NCBI GenBank assembly: GCA_046484865.1
Contig: JAWOID010000007.1
Coordinates: 1-55,304 of the forward strand
Source of the DNA: Candidatus Krumholzibacteriia bacterium
GTDB taxonomy: Bacteria; Krumholzibacteriota; Krumholzibacteriia; LZORAL124-64-63
Reading direction: 5' to 3'
DNA length: 55,304 bases
Below the pieces are notes generated by a model that worked only from the letters and a program-made list of their open reading frames with translations, had not been told where the DNA came from and searched no databases. The position numbers and the translations under genes are program-made. Every line of letters starts with the position of its first letter. The stretch's first letter is position 1. This document shows, one piece after another, positions 1 to 10,056 of the stretch.

Positions 1-748
1 TCACCTTCGAGCAGAGCCAGTACCATCCCTATCACCTGCATCTGGTGGTCGACCGCCCTTCTGCCTTCATCCCCTACTTCACCGACAGCGAGGTCCGTCG
101 CTCCGGCCGGATGACGCCCTGGCAGAAGCAGAAGCGGCAGCTGATCGAGCAGCTGCGCGGCCGGCCTGATCCGCGGGCGATCAGGAAGGACGTGACCGAG
201 CTGCTGGCGTACATCTCTGCCGAGGTGGCGGAGATGATCGTCCACAGCGACGAGCACCGCGACTACTGGCTGGCGATCCGGGACCTGCCGTGCCGGATCC
301 GGCACGTGGTGACCAATTCGAAGGTCCACCGGGATCACTGGAATCGTCTTTACGAGATGAACCTGATGGATCTGTTGATCCGTCATGCTCAGGCGGATCA
401 CAAGCGGCAGACGATCGCGTATTCGAAGCGTCGCAACTGTGGGGTGTGGCGGCTGGCGATCTTCCTGGTGTGGAAGAACTACGTCAGGACGCGGCGGGTG
501 CGCGACAGCAGGCAGACGCCCGGGATGCTGGTCGGATTGTGTCGCCGGCAGTTGACGGTCAGGGAGGTGGTCGGCCGGCGTCTGTTCGCGGCTCAGATCG
601 GGTTGGAGGGCCGCTGGCGTCAGTACTACTGGGGGGAGATCAGGACGCGGGCGCTGAAGGTGAACCGGCGCCACGACTTGAAGTACGCGGGGTGAACGGG
701 GCTGCGGACCCCGGGGAAGGAGCCGGAAACAATTTGCGTGGAACAACT
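1..748 (+). mobile_element. Right part of an insertion sequence (IS1-like DDE transposase), truncated by the window start; right TIR at about 722-748
   Basis: Transposase-like ORF followed by GCCGGAAACAATTTGCGTGGAACAAC (722-747), which recurs with one mismatch at 51204-51229 as the end of a TSD-flanked element. Confidence 0.75.
3..695 (+). CDS. Transposase, C-terminal part (IS1-like family), 5' partial
   Basis: Frame is open from base 3 (TFEQSQYHPYHLHLVVD...); contains HSDEH, LLIRH...KRQTIAYSKR, WKNY, QTPGMLVG, resembling IS1-type DDE C-termini. Confidence 0.7.
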   Translation, partial: TFEQSQYHPYHLHLVVDRPSAFIPYFTDSEVRRSGRMTPWQKQKRQLIEQLRGRPDPRAIRKDVTELLAYISAEVAEMIVHSDEHRDYWLAIRDLPCRIRHVVTNSKVHRDHWNRLYEMNLMDLLIRHAQADHKRQTIAYSKRRNCGVWRLAIFLVWKNYVRTRRVRDSRQTPGMLVGLCRRQLTVREVVGRRLFAAQIGLEGRWRQYYWGEIRTRALKVNRRHDLKYAG

Positions 749-768
749 GTTTCGATGCGCCGCCGCTG

Positions 769-796
769 CTCAAGGATTCCGATCCGCGGCCGAAGC
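769..796 (+). promoter_or_regulatory. sigma28/FliA-like promoter upstream of the pilT-like gene
   Basis: CTCAAG-N14-GCCGAAGC; same motif and spacing at three other intergenic sites. Confidence 0.6.
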
Positions 797-874
797 CAGA
801 GCCAGACGACCCGGGCGCCGCCGGCGGTGCGGCCGGCGGCGCGGGTCCTGGTGCGAGCCGGGAGCGGAGACAGC

Positions 875-2014
875 ATGGACATCAAGCGGATACTCACCCA
901 GATGATCGAACGCGGCGCCAGCGACCTGCACCTGAAGGTGGCGTCGCCCCCGGTCCTGAGGGTGAACGGACGTCTGGTGGACCTGGACGTCCCGGCGCCG
1001 ACCGTGCCGGACATGATCCAGGCCGCCCAGCAGATCCTCACCCCCGGGCAGCGCGAGGTCTTCGAGGCCACGCGGGAGATCGACTTCGCGTTCGGCGTTC
1101 CCGGCGTGGCGCGCTTTCGCGCGAACTTCTACGTCCAGCGCGGCTCGATCGCCATGGTGTTCCGCCACGTTCCGGTGGAGATCATGAGCCTGGAGGACCT
1201 GGGGCTACCGCCGATCATCAGGGACCTGGCCAAGCGCCCGCGCGGCCTGATCCTGGTCACCGGCACCGTGGGCAGCGGCAAGTCCACCACCCTGGCGAGC
1301 ATGGTGGACATCATCAACACCGAGTGCTCCAGCCACGTGATCACGATCGAGGATCCGATCGAGTTCCTGCACAAGGACAAGCAGAGCATCATCAGCCAGC
1401 GCGAGGTGGGCTGCGACACGGGCAGCTATGCGGAGGCGCTGCGGCACATCCTGCGGCAGGACCCGGACGTCATCCTGATCGGCGAGATCCGCGACTGCGA
1501 TTCAATGAAGATCGCGCTGACCGCCGCCGACACCGGACACCTGGTGCTGAGCACGCTGCACACCATCGACGCCACCCAGACCGTGAGCCGCATCGTCTCG
1601 TTCTTCCCGCCCCACCAGCACCAGGAGATCCGCTACCTGCTGGCCTCCACGCTGCAGGCCGTCATCTCGCAGCGACTGGTGGCCGATCCGGCCGGCGAGC
1701 GACGGTACCCGGCGGCCGAGATCATGATCGCAACCTCCACCGTCCGCGAGTACATCCGCGAGCCGGACAAGACGATCCTGATCCGTCAGGCCGTCCAGGA
1801 AGGGTTCGTGGAGTACCAGATGCAGACCTTCGACCAGTCGCTGATGCAGCTCTACAAGGAGGGGAAGGTCTCCCTCGAGGCGGCCATGCGCACCAGCAGC
1901 AACCCCCACGAGTTCGCGCTGCGGATCAAGGGCATCCAGGCCAGCTCCGACAAGACCTGGGATCGCTTCGAGGACGCCACCGTGTCGCCCGAAGGCGCCC
2001 CCGCCGGGCTCTAG
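875..2014 (+). CDS. pilT: PilT/PilU-family type IV pilus retraction ATPase
   Basis: ASDLHL N-terminus, Walker A GTVGSGKST, TIEDPIE, LRQDPDVILIGEIRD, GHLVLSTLH; AIRNLIRE motif is replaced by TVREYIRE (PilU/PilT2-like); ATG 875 after GGAG. Confidence 0.88.
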   Translation: MDIKRILTQMIERGASDLHLKVASPPVLRVNGRLVDLDVPAPTVPDMIQAAQQILTPGQREVFEATREIDFAFGVPGVARFRANFYVQRGSIAMVFRHVPVEIMSLEDLGLPPIIRDLAKRPRGLILVTGTVGSGKSTTLASMVDIINTECSSHVITIEDPIEFLHKDKQSIISQREVGCDTGSYAEALRHILRQDPDVILIGEIRDCDSMKIALTAADTGHLVLSTLHTIDATQTVSRIVSFFPPHQHQEIRYLLASTLQAVISQRLVADPAGERRYPAAEIMIATSTVREYIREPDKTILIRQAVQEGFVEYQMQTFDQSLMQLYKEGKVSLEAAMRTSSNPHEFALRIKGIQASSDKTWDRFEDATVSPEGAPAGL

Positions 2015-2232
2015 TCCGAGGATTCCCGGTCCGAGGGTTCCCGGACAGAGCCTGGGCTCGATCACCGTCGCGGCGGTCATGAGAGGCTGCAGCGGCCGGT
2101 CGCAATCCCGCCATCCCCTGCTCTGGACCCGCGGCCGCCACCGCCAGGATCGCCGGGTACGTCTCTTGCGACGATCCGGGCCCGGGAACGACGGCACCTC
2201 CCCGGCGAGAAATCATGCGAGCGAAACCGCAC

Positions 2233-2261
2233 TTGCGCCCCCGGCCCCTGGGCCCCAGAAT
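2233..2261 (+). promoter_or_regulatory. Candidate sigma70 promoter for accC
   Basis: TTGCGC-N17-CAGAAT. Confidence 0.35.
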
Positions 2262-2368
2262 GTGGCCCTTGCGAGCGACACCGTGCGGAATGCGGCCCCG
2301 GCCGCGTCCCCGCCGAGTCGGCGCGCCCGCCGCCTGCGGCGCGGCGCGCTGCGAGGATGGTCCAGCCC

Positions 2369-3751
2369 ATGTTCAAGAAGATCCTCGTCGCCAATCGTGG
2401 CGAGATCGCCTTGCGCGTCATGCGCGCCTGTCGCGAACTCGGCGTCGAATGCGTGGCGATCCACTCCTCGGCCGACACCGACTCGCTGCACGTGAAGTAC
2501 GCCGACGAATCGGTGTGCGTGGGCAAGTCGCCGAGCAGCGAGAGCTACCTGAAGGTGCCCAACATCGTGGCCGCCGCCGAGATCACCGGGGCCGAGGCGA
2601 TCCATCCCGGCTACGGCTTCCTGGCCGAGAACGCGGAGTTCGCCACGATCATCGAGGAGAACGACTTCGTCTGGATCGGACCATCGCCCGAGGTCATCGC
2701 CCGCATGGGCGACAAGGCCGTCGCCCGCGCCACCGCCGCCGCGGCGGGCGTGCCCACCGTGCCCGGGACTGGAGTGATCGCCAGCCTCGACGAGGCGCTG
2801 ATCGCAGCCAGGGACGTCGGCTACCCGCTGATCATCAAGGCGACGGCCGGGGGCGGCGGCAAGGGCATGCGCGTGGCCTGGGACGAGGCCGGACTCCGCA
2901 AGGGCTTCCCGATGGCACGAGCGGAGGCGGGGGCCTCCTTCGGCAACGACGGGGTGTACGTCGAACGCTACCTGACGCGCCCGCGCCACGTCGAGATCCA
3001 GATCCTCGCGGACAATCACGGCAACGTCATCCACCTGGGCGAGCGCGACTGCTCGGTGCAGCGCCGGCACCAGAAGCTGATCGAGGAGTCGCCATCGCCC
3101 GCGGTCGACGACGACCTGCGCCGGCGCATGGGAGCGGCCGCCGTGCGGCTGGCGTCGGAGGTGGGCTACCGCTCCGCCGGCACGGTGGAGTTCCTCCTCG
3201 ACGAGGACGGCAGCTTCTACTTCATGGAGATGAATACCCGGATCCAGGTGGAGCACCCGGTCACCGAGATGGTGACCGGTCTCGATCTGGTCAAGCTGCA
3301 GATCCGCCTGGCCGCGGGAGAGCGTCTGGCCCTCCGGCAGGAAGACGTCAAGTTCCAGGGACACGCCATCGAGTGCCGCGTCAACGCGGAGAACCCCGAG
3401 CGCGATTTCATGCCGTGTCCGGGCCGCATCTTCTTCTTCCACGCGCCCGGCGGCCCCGGAGTGCGGGTAGACTCCCACGTGTATTCCGAGTACCAGGTGC
3501 CGCCGTACTACGACTCGCTGCTGGCCAAGCTGATCACTCACGGAGCGGATCGGGACGAGGCCCTCCGGCGCATGAGCCGGGCGCTCGACGAGTGCGTCTT
3601 CGAGGGGATTCCCACCAGTATCCCGTTCCACATCCAGGTGCTCAGGAACGAGGTCTTCCGCTCTGGACGAGCCACCACGCGCTTCCTCGAGGAGGAGATG
3701 GCCAAGCTGCAGGAGGGCATGCGTGTCCGCGCGCAGGCGGAACAAGCATGA
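2369..3751 (+). CDS. accC: Acetyl-CoA carboxylase biotin carboxylase subunit
   Basis: [61 protein letters not shown]. Confidence 0.97.
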   Translation: MFKKILVANRGEIALRVMRACRELGVECVAIHSSADTDSLHVKYADESVCVGKSPSSESYLKVPNIVAAAEITGAEAIHPGYGFLAENAEFATIIEENDFVWIGPSPEVIARMGDKAVARATAAAAGVPTVPGTGVIASLDEALIAARDVGYPLIIKATAGGGGKGMRVAWDEAGLRKGFPMARAEAGASFGNDGVYVERYLTRPRHVEIQILADNHGNVIHLGERDCSVQRRHQKLIEESPSPAVDDDLRRRMGAAAVRLASEVGYRSAGTVEFLLDEDGSFYFMEMNTRIQVEHPVTEMVTGLDLVKLQIRLAAGERLALRQEDVKFQGHAIECRVNAENPERDFMPCPGRIFFFHAPGGPGVRVDSHVYSEYQVPPYYDSLLAKLITHGADRDEALRRMSRALDECVFEGIPTSIPFHIQVLRNEVFRSGRATTRFLEEEMAKLQEGMRVRAQAEQA

Positions 3752-6101
3752 CGGCTCGTGGTGGGAGGCACCATGGCTGGCGGGGCTGCTACTGCTCGCC
3801 CTCGCCGCCTACGTGGCCCTCTCGCTGCGCGAGCCGGTCGGTCCGTGGTGGCATGAGATCGAGGGGCGGGCCGCCGGTCCGTTGATCGCTCCCGGCCATC
3901 CGGGCGGGCCCGTCGGTGCGATGATCAGCCTGGCGCTGAACGTCGTGCTCGGCGCTATCTGGTGCTGGGCAGTACCCTTGGGACTGGCGATCTCGGGTCT
4001 CGCGGGACTGGCGGGTCGGCCGCTGGTCCGGCGCGCCTGGCTGTGGCGGGTGGCGGTGCTGTGGCTGGTCAGCTCGGCCTGGCTGGCCCAGCCCGACGGG
4101 CCGCTGGCCGGCGAGGGTGCCGGCGCGCGCTGGGGCGGTCTGGTGGCCGCCCTGGCGGCACGCGGCATCCACTCGCTGGTGGGCTTCTGGGGCGGGCGGA
4201 TCTTCCTCACGCTGGCGCTGCTGGTGGTGCTGATGGCGGTCTTCCACCGCTGGCTGGCGCCGGTCGGCCGCCGGCTGGTCCGCCTGGCGGACCAGCTGGC
4301 AGAGGCCGGCCGCCGCGCCGGAGCCCTGGGACGACGCGGCACGGCCCACACGCTGCGGAGCGTGGCGGCCGTGTCCGGATATCTGAGCACGCGTCTGCGC
4401 TCGGCCGCCCGAGGCCGACGCGGCTCGCCGGCTGCGGCGCGGAGAGAACCGGAGCGCGACGACGACATCGCCGGGCCGCGGCCCCGGCGCGTCCACACCC
4501 CCGACGAGGACCTCGCCGAGACCGAAGGGTTTCCCGCCGCCGGGCTGCGTACCGGCGCGCGCTCCGCTCCCGCCGATCCGGCGCCCGCCCCCCGGCCCGT
4601 GGCCATAGCCGCCCCGCCGCAGCGTTCACGCCGTCGCGCCGGCGAGGCGCCGGCTCCGCTGCCGGGACTGCATCTGCTCGCCGATCCGGACCCCGCGGAG
4701 GAGCGTCTGCACCCGGCGGAACTGGACACCGCGGCCGACCTGCTGGAGGAGACCCTGCGCTCGTTCGGCGTGTCGGGCGAGGTGAAGGACGTGCGGCCGG
4801 GGCCGGTGGTCACCACGTTCGAGTACCAGCCCGGGCCCGGCATCCGCGTGAGCCAGATCGTGCAGCGCGCCGACGACCTTTCCCTCGCCATGCGGGCCCG
4901 CTCGCTCCGCATGGAAGCGCCCATTCCCGGCAAGGCGGCGGTGGGCATCGAGATCCCGAACCCGCGCCCGCAGATCGTGCGCCTGAAGGAGGTGCTGGAG
5001 CAGGTCGAGGGGGAGCCGCGTACGCCCCTGACGGTCGTCCTGGGCAAGGACGTGATCGGCCAGCCCGTCTCCATCGATCTCGCGGCGCTGCCGCACCTGC
5101 TGGTGGCCGGCAGCACGGGTAGCGGCAAGTCGGTGTGCCTCAACGCGCTCATCTGCAACCTGCTGCTCTTCAACGATCCCAAGCGCCTGCGCCTGCTGAT
5201 GGTCGATCCGAAGATGCTGGAACTCAACGTCTACAACGGCATTCCGCATCTGCTGCTGCCGGTCGTCACGGACCCCCGGGAAGCCCTCAAGGCGCTGCGC
5301 TGGCTGGTGGCCCAGATGGATCTGCGCTACCGCCTGCTCGCGCGGCACTCGGTGCGCAACATCGAGCAGTACAACGACAGGGTCGAGCGCGGCGACGTGC
5401 GCGACGCCGAGGACGAACCGGTCACCGACCCCATGCCCTACTATGTGTGCATCGTGGACGAGCTGGCGGATCTGATGATCCAGCTGGGCCAGGATTTCGA
5501 GCAGCCTGTGACGCGGCTGGCCCAGAAGGCGCGGGCCGTCGGCATCCATCTGGTGCTGGCCACGCAGCGGCCCAGCGTGGACGTCCTCACCGGGGTCATC
5601 AAGGCGAACATTCCCTGCCGGGTGGCCTTCCGGGTGATCCAGAAGAACGACTCGCGCACGATCCTCGACATGAACGGCGCGGAGCAGCTCCTCGGACGCG
5701 GCGACATGCTCTACCTCAAGCCGGGGCGTGCCCAGCCGCAGCGGGTGCACGGCGCCTTCGTGGAGATCGCCGAGGCGGAAGCGGTGGCCTCCCACTGGCG
5801 CGAGTACGTCGAAGCGACCGACACCATCGACCTCGACGAGGGGGCGAGCGGTCCGGACGGCGTGCGGGGCGAGGACGATCTCTTCGACGAGGCCGTGAGG
5901 GTGGTGGTCCTGCACCAGAGCGGGTCGACCTCGCTCCTGCAGCGGCGCCTGCGCATCGGCTACACGCGGGCGGGCCGCTTGATGGACATGCTGGAGGAGG
6001 CGGGCGTGGTGGGGCCGTTCACGGGCAGCAAGGCCCGCGACGTGCTGATCGAGCCCGGGGACCTGCCCGAGCCGAGCGACCCCGGCGAGGTCCGTCCATG
6101 A
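3723..6101 (+). CDS. ftsK: DNA translocase FtsK
   Basis: N-terminal TM segments, linker, [27 protein letters not shown], gamma domain [21 protein letters not shown] after AGGAGG. Confidence 0.96.
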   Translation: MSARRRNKHDGSWWEAPWLAGLLLLALAAYVALSLREPVGPWWHEIEGRAAGPLIAPGHPGGPVGAMISLALNVVLGAIWCWAVPLGLAISGLAGLAGRPLVRRAWLWRVAVLWLVSSAWLAQPDGPLAGEGAGARWGGLVAALAARGIHSLVGFWGGRIFLTLALLVVLMAVFHRWLAPVGRRLVRLADQLAEAGRRAGALGRRGTAHTLRSVAAVSGYLSTRLRSAARGRRGSPAAARREPERDDDIAGPRPRRVHTPDEDLAETEGFPAAGLRTGARSAPADPAPAPRPVAIAAPPQRSRRRAGEAPAPLPGLHLLADPDPAEERLHPAELDTAADLLEETLRSFGVSGEVKDVRPGPVVTTFEYQPGPGIRVSQIVQRADDLSLAMRARSLRMEAPIPGKAAVGIEIPNPRPQIVRLKEVLEQVEGEPRTPLTVVLGKDVIGQPVSIDLAALPHLLVAGSTGSGKSVCLNALICNLLLFNDPKRLRLLMVDPKMLELNVYNGIPHLLLPVVTDPREALKALRWLVAQMDLRYRLLARHSVRNIEQYNDRVERGDVRDAEDEPVTDPMPYYVCIVDELADLMIQLGQDFEQPVTRLAQKARAVGIHLVLATQRPSVDVLTGVIKANIPCRVAFRVIQKNDSRTILDMNGAEQLLGRGDMLYLKPGRAQPQRVHGAFVEIAEAEAVASHWREYVEATDTIDLDEGASGPDGVRGEDDLFDEAVRVVVLHQSGSTSLLQRRLRIGYTRAGRLMDMLEEAGVVGPFTGSKARDVLIEPGDLPEPSDPGEVRP

Positions 6102-7612
6102 GCGTCCTGCCGCCGGAGATCCCGCCGCGGCGCCCGGAGCCGTCGACCGTCGGTGACGCCGCGCCGGCCGCCGCCGGTCGGCGGGTGTGGTGCGGCACCC
6201 TGGGCTGCGACAAGAACCTGGTGGACAGCGAGGCGTTGCTCGGGCGCTTCCGCGCCCGCGGCTTCGCGCCGGTGAACGACCCCGAGGCCGCCGACGTCTG
6301 GGTGCTGAACACCTGCGGCTTCATCGCGCCGGCCCGGGTCGACAGCGCGGACACCGTCCGGGAGCTGATCGCCGCCAAGGGCGATCGCGTCCTGGTGGTG
6401 ACCGGCTGCTGGGCCCAGGAGCATGGCGACGCCATCCGGCGGGACCACCCGGGTGTCGATCTGGTGGGCGGCGTCGGCCGCTTCGACGAACTGGCGGAGG
6501 CGCTCGAGCAGCGCCTGCCGGCGTTGCCTCCGATGGACCCGCAGGTGGCGCCCTACGCCGGGTTCGGCGACCGGCACCTGCTGACCCCCCGACACCTGGC
6601 GTTCGTGAAGATCGGCGAGGGCTGCGACTGTCACTGCACGTTCTGCCGGATCCCGATGATCCGCGGCAGGCTCCGCAGCCGGCCCGTGCAGGAGGTGGAG
6701 GCCGAGGTGCGCCGGCTGGTCGAGGACGGCGTCACCGAGATCCAACTCGTCTCGCAGAACACCAGCGACTACGGCCGGGACACCGGCGAGAGCCTGCTCG
6801 ATCTGGTGCGACGGCTCGACGGCGTACCCGGCCTGCGCCGGATCCGGTTGCTCTACCTCTACGCGGGTCTGATCTCCAGCGACGATGCCCTGCGCCTGCT
6901 AAATCTGGAACGCGTGGTGCCGTACCTGGATCTCCCGATCCAGCACGCCTCCCCCCGGCTGCTGCGCGCGATGCGGCGCCCGGGCGATCCAGAGGCCGTC
7001 GCCCGCTTCCTCTTGACGCTGCGCCGCGAGCGCCCGGACGTGGTGCTGCGCACCACCGCGCTGCTCGGGTTCCCGGGGGAGGACGACGAGGACGTCGCGG
7101 AACTGCTGGATTTCATGGCGCGGGTGCGGTTTGACCACCTGGGGACCTACCGCTATTCTCCGGAGCGCGGCACGCCGGCGGCGCGCCTGCCGGGCGCGGT
7201 CGCCGACGAGGAGGTGGCCGACCGGGAGGCCCGCGTCCTCGACCTGCAGGCCGAGATCGGCCTCGAGCGCCAGGTCGAGCGGCTGGGGTCCCGCTGGGAG
7301 GTCGTGGTGGACGAGGTGCTCTCGGCCGCCGACCCGGAGGGCGGCGCCCGCGAGTTGCTCGACGGCCTGGCCGACGGACGGTGGTACGACGAGAGGGAAC
7401 GCGCGGTGGTCGCCGGCGTTCTGAACGAGGGTGCGCCGGTGGCCCTGGCCCGCAGCTACCACTTCGGGTACGACCTGGACGGTGTCGTCGCTCTGCCGGG
7501 ACGCGGCCTGCGCGCCGGACAGTGGCTGACGGCCGGGTTCCGGGCCGTGACACCGCATGACGTCTGGGCCCTTCCCATCAGCGCGGATACCGCATCGAGA
7601 GGCGAATCATGA
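6098..7612 (+). CDS. rimO: Ribosomal protein S12 methylthiotransferase RimO
   Basis: TLGCDKNLVDSE, NTCGFI, VTGC, radical-SAM CDCHCTFC, YLDLPIQH; ATG overlaps the ftsK stop (ATGA). Confidence 0.9.
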   Translation: MSVLPPEIPPRRPEPSTVGDAAPAAAGRRVWCGTLGCDKNLVDSEALLGRFRARGFAPVNDPEAADVWVLNTCGFIAPARVDSADTVRELIAAKGDRVLVVTGCWAQEHGDAIRRDHPGVDLVGGVGRFDELAEALEQRLPALPPMDPQVAPYAGFGDRHLLTPRHLAFVKIGEGCDCHCTFCRIPMIRGRLRSRPVQEVEAEVRRLVEDGVTEIQLVSQNTSDYGRDTGESLLDLVRRLDGVPGLRRIRLLYLYAGLISSDDALRLLNLERVVPYLDLPIQHASPRLLRAMRRPGDPEAVARFLLTLRRERPDVVLRTTALLGFPGEDDEDVAELLDFMARVRFDHLGTYRYSPERGTPAARLPGAVADEEVADREARVLDLQAEIGLERQVERLGSRWEVVVDEVLSAADPEGGARELLDGLADGRWYDERERAVVAGVLNEGAPVALARSYHFGYDLDGVVALPGRGLRAGQWLTAGFRAVTPHDVWALPISADTASRGES

Positions 7613-8529
7613 GCCTTTGCCCGCAGTCGATCGTCGTGCCGACGCTCCTGTCCACCGCGGCCCCGCCCGGCCCCCGCCGGCGCCGGGCCGGCGTTGCGCC
7701 GCGTCCCGGCTCCGCTCGCGGCCGGCGGTTCGCTACGGCGCTCCTGCGGGCGGTGGCCGGCATGATGGTGGCGGTGGGTCTCGGCGCAGCGGCGAGTGTG
7801 CCCGCGGCCGCTCTGGCCGGGGAGCCGGCAGGCGACGTCCTGCAGCCGCTGCGGCCCGACACGGTGCGGACGAACCTCTGGCTGTGCGAGGCCCTGATGC
7901 GGGAGGCGGTCCAGCCCGCGCTCGAGGTCCTGCCGCCGCCACCGGCGGCGGTCCGGCTGGCGGCGATGCGCCTGGATGCGGCCGCGCCTGCTCAGTCGGG
8001 CGGGGGGCGGGGAGCCGCAAGCGGAGGTGGTGCCCGCGCCTCGGCGGAGACCTACGAGGTGCTCGAGCAGGTGGCCACCCGCGAGCTGCGGGAGCGCGGT
8101 TACGACGTGTACCTCGCCTCCGAGCCGGCGGCGGCGGACAGCGGCGACGTGGCGTCGGACGAACCGGTGCCCCCAGCGGTCGCCGTGGGCTACGAACTGG
8201 CCCTGCGCGTGGTGGGGCTGGACGTGGGTTACCCCGCCACGGGGCGACGCCTGGGGCTCTGGCGCGAGTGGGTGGCGCGCCGGGTGGACCTCACGGTCGC
8301 CGCTCGCGTCACCGAGGTGCCGGACGGGCGCGTGCTCTTCAACGAACGCGTGGTGCGGCGCTTCCGGGACCGCATCCAGGACGACGACGTGCCGGTGGTG
8401 GAATCGGGTCCCTACCGGTTCACCCGGGCTGAATTGCGTGATTCGGGCTGGCAGCGCCGTATCGAGGAGATCATGGTCCTGGGGACGCTGGCGGGCCTGG
8501 TGGCCGTCTACTTCGCCAATACCCAGTGA
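7609..8529 (+). CDS. Hypothetical exported protein with a C-terminal hydrophobic anchor (true start may be downstream)
   Basis: Signal-like segment MVAVGLGAAASVPAAALA; C-terminus IMVLGTLAGLVAVYFANTQ; fills the gap between rimO and bamD with typical codon usage. Confidence 0.7.
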   Translation: MSLCPQSIVVPTLLSTAAPPGPRRRRAGVAPRPGSARGRRFATALLRAVAGMMVAVGLGAAASVPAAALAGEPAGDVLQPLRPDTVRTNLWLCEALMREAVQPALEVLPPPPAAVRLAAMRLDAAAPAQSGGGRGAASGGGARASAETYEVLEQVATRELRERGYDVYLASEPAAADSGDVASDEPVPPAVAVGYELALRVVGLDVGYPATGRRLGLWREWVARRVDLTVAARVTEVPDGRVLFNERVVRRFRDRIQDDDVPVVESGPYRFTRAELRDSGWQRRIEEIMVLGTLAGLVAVYFANTQ

Positions 8530-8616
8530 CTGCGCCCAGTGAGTGCGGGCGCGCCGGCGCGGCCGCCCCTTCGCCACCCCCCCGGGATCGCCCGGGACAC
8601 CTCCGTGGAGGCACAC

Positions 8617-9417
8617 GTGCAGCGGAATAGCCGGAGAGCTCCCCTGATGTCCGTCCTCGCCGTCCTGGCGGCGGCGCTCGCCCTCGTGGGCGCCGGCCTC
8701 GCCGGCTGCGGGTCGAGCAACCCGTATCCTCCGGGCAGCTATCGCCGCGCCGTGCATTTCTACGAGAACGAGGACTTCCGGGAGGCGGCGGCGAGCTTCG
8801 ACGTGTACGTGCGCCAGAATCCCACCGACAGCCTCGCGGTGGAAGCCCAGTATCTCAAGGCGATGTCCTACCTCGAGACCAGGGAGTACCCCCTGGCCGC
8901 GGTGGAGTTCAAGATCCTGAGGCAGGACTACCCGACGAGCCCGCGCGCCGAGGATGCAGCCTTCATGGAAGCGGTGGCCAGCTTCCGGGAGGTCGGTCGC
9001 GTGGAGCGGGACATCACCGGCGCGAAGGAGGCCCGGCGGAAGTTTCTGGAGTTCTCCCGCCGGTACCCGGACTCGGCTCACCAGCCGGAGGTCCGCGACT
9101 ACCTGCAGCAGATCTCCGACCTGTCGGTGCGCAAGCGCATGAACGCCGTTGACGTCTACCTGAAGCTCGGCCGGCCGGATGCCGCATCCGTCACCCTCGA
9201 CGCCATCATCGCCGACGAACCCGGCAGCAGTCTGCTGGATCGGGTCCTGGCGCGGCGGGCGGAGGTGGCGCTCCGGCTGGGTGACGAGGAGGCAGCCCGG
9301 ATCGCGCTGCAGCGGCTTCTCCGTGAGTTCCCCGACAGCCCGCGGGCCGACGACGCGCGCCGCCGGCTCGGGCGACTGGACGGGGAGCCGGAAACCGCTC
9401 TCGACGCGGGCTCATGA
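8617..9417 (+). CDS. bamD: Outer membrane protein assembly factor BamD-like TPR lipoprotein
   Basis: Lipobox LAGC, TPR helices, DYPTSP and RYPDS motifs, RDIT..A...F..F; GTG after GGAGG. Confidence 0.82.
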   Translation: MQRNSRRAPLMSVLAVLAAALALVGAGLAGCGSSNPYPPGSYRRAVHFYENEDFREAAASFDVYVRQNPTDSLAVEAQYLKAMSYLETREYPLAAVEFKILRQDYPTSPRAEDAAFMEAVASFREVGRVERDITGAKEARRKFLEFSRRYPDSAHQPEVRDYLQQISDLSVRKRMNAVDVYLKLGRPDAASVTLDAIIADEPGSSLLDRVLARRAEVALRLGDEEAARIALQRLLREFPDSPRADDARRRLGRLDGEPETALDAGS

Positions 9418-10055
9418 TCCGGGCCCTGTTCGGCGGCTCGTTCGATCCCATCCACGCCGGACATCTCGCCCTGGTGCGGCGACTGCTGGAGGACGGCCTG
9501 GCCGACGGGGTGGTGGTGGTGCCCGCCGGCCGGCATCCGCTGCGCCCCGAGGCCGCGGCTCCGGGCGCGGACCGGGCGGCCATGGCCCGGCTCGCGTTTG
9601 CCGGCTGGCCGCGGGTGCGGGTCGACGACCGCGAGGTGGCGCGCGCTCGCGACGGCGAGCCCACGTACACCGTGGACACGCTGGCGGAACTGCAAGCGGA
9701 GGAACCGCAGGCGCGCTGGCGACTGGTGGTGGGCGCGGACAACCTGCCCGATCTGCCGCGCTGGCGGGACCTGCCGCGCCTGCTGGAACTCGCGACCCTG
9801 GTGGTGGTGGCGCGGGAGGGCTGGGACGGTGTCCTGCCGCCGCAGGTGACCGCCGCCGCCGACGCGGCCGGAAGCGAGAGCGCGCCGGTCGTGCTGTCGG
9901 TCGGGGATTTCCGGCATCCGGCCAGTGCGACCGAGATCCGGCGCCGCCTCGCCGCCGGCGACCCGCCCGGGCCGCATCTGCCCGCCGCCGTGGCCGCCTA
10001 CATCGGTGAACGCGGCCTCTACCGCGCCGCCGCCGGCGGCGGAGGGGACACGTGA
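9414..10055 (+). CDS. nadD: Nicotinate-nucleotide adenylyltransferase
   Basis: LFGGSFDPIHAGH, TYTVDTL, VVGADN, SATEIRR. Confidence 0.93.
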   Translation: MIRALFGGSFDPIHAGHLALVRRLLEDGLADGVVVVPAGRHPLRPEAAAPGADRAAMARLAFAGWPRVRVDDREVARARDGEPTYTVDTLAELQAEEPQARWRLVVGADNLPDLPRWRDLPRLLELATLVVVAREGWDGVLPPQVTAAADAAGSESAPVVLSVGDFRHPASATEIRRRLAAGDPPGPHLPAAVAAYIGERGLYRAAAGGGGDT

Positions 10056-10056
10056 C

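Noticed and set aside
290..874. N-terminal extension of the PilT ORF
   Set aside because: Overlaps the transposase and IS end; homology and SD point to ATG 875
2015..2368. accB or another small gene between pilT and accC
   Set aside because: No biotinyl-domain (AMK) ORF; only a short 15-bp duplication (tccgaggattcccgg/tccgagggttcccgg) and a promoter candidate
5135..6097. N-terminal extension of the RimO ORF
   Set aside because: Alternate frame of ftsK; RimO starts at the ATGA overlap at 6098
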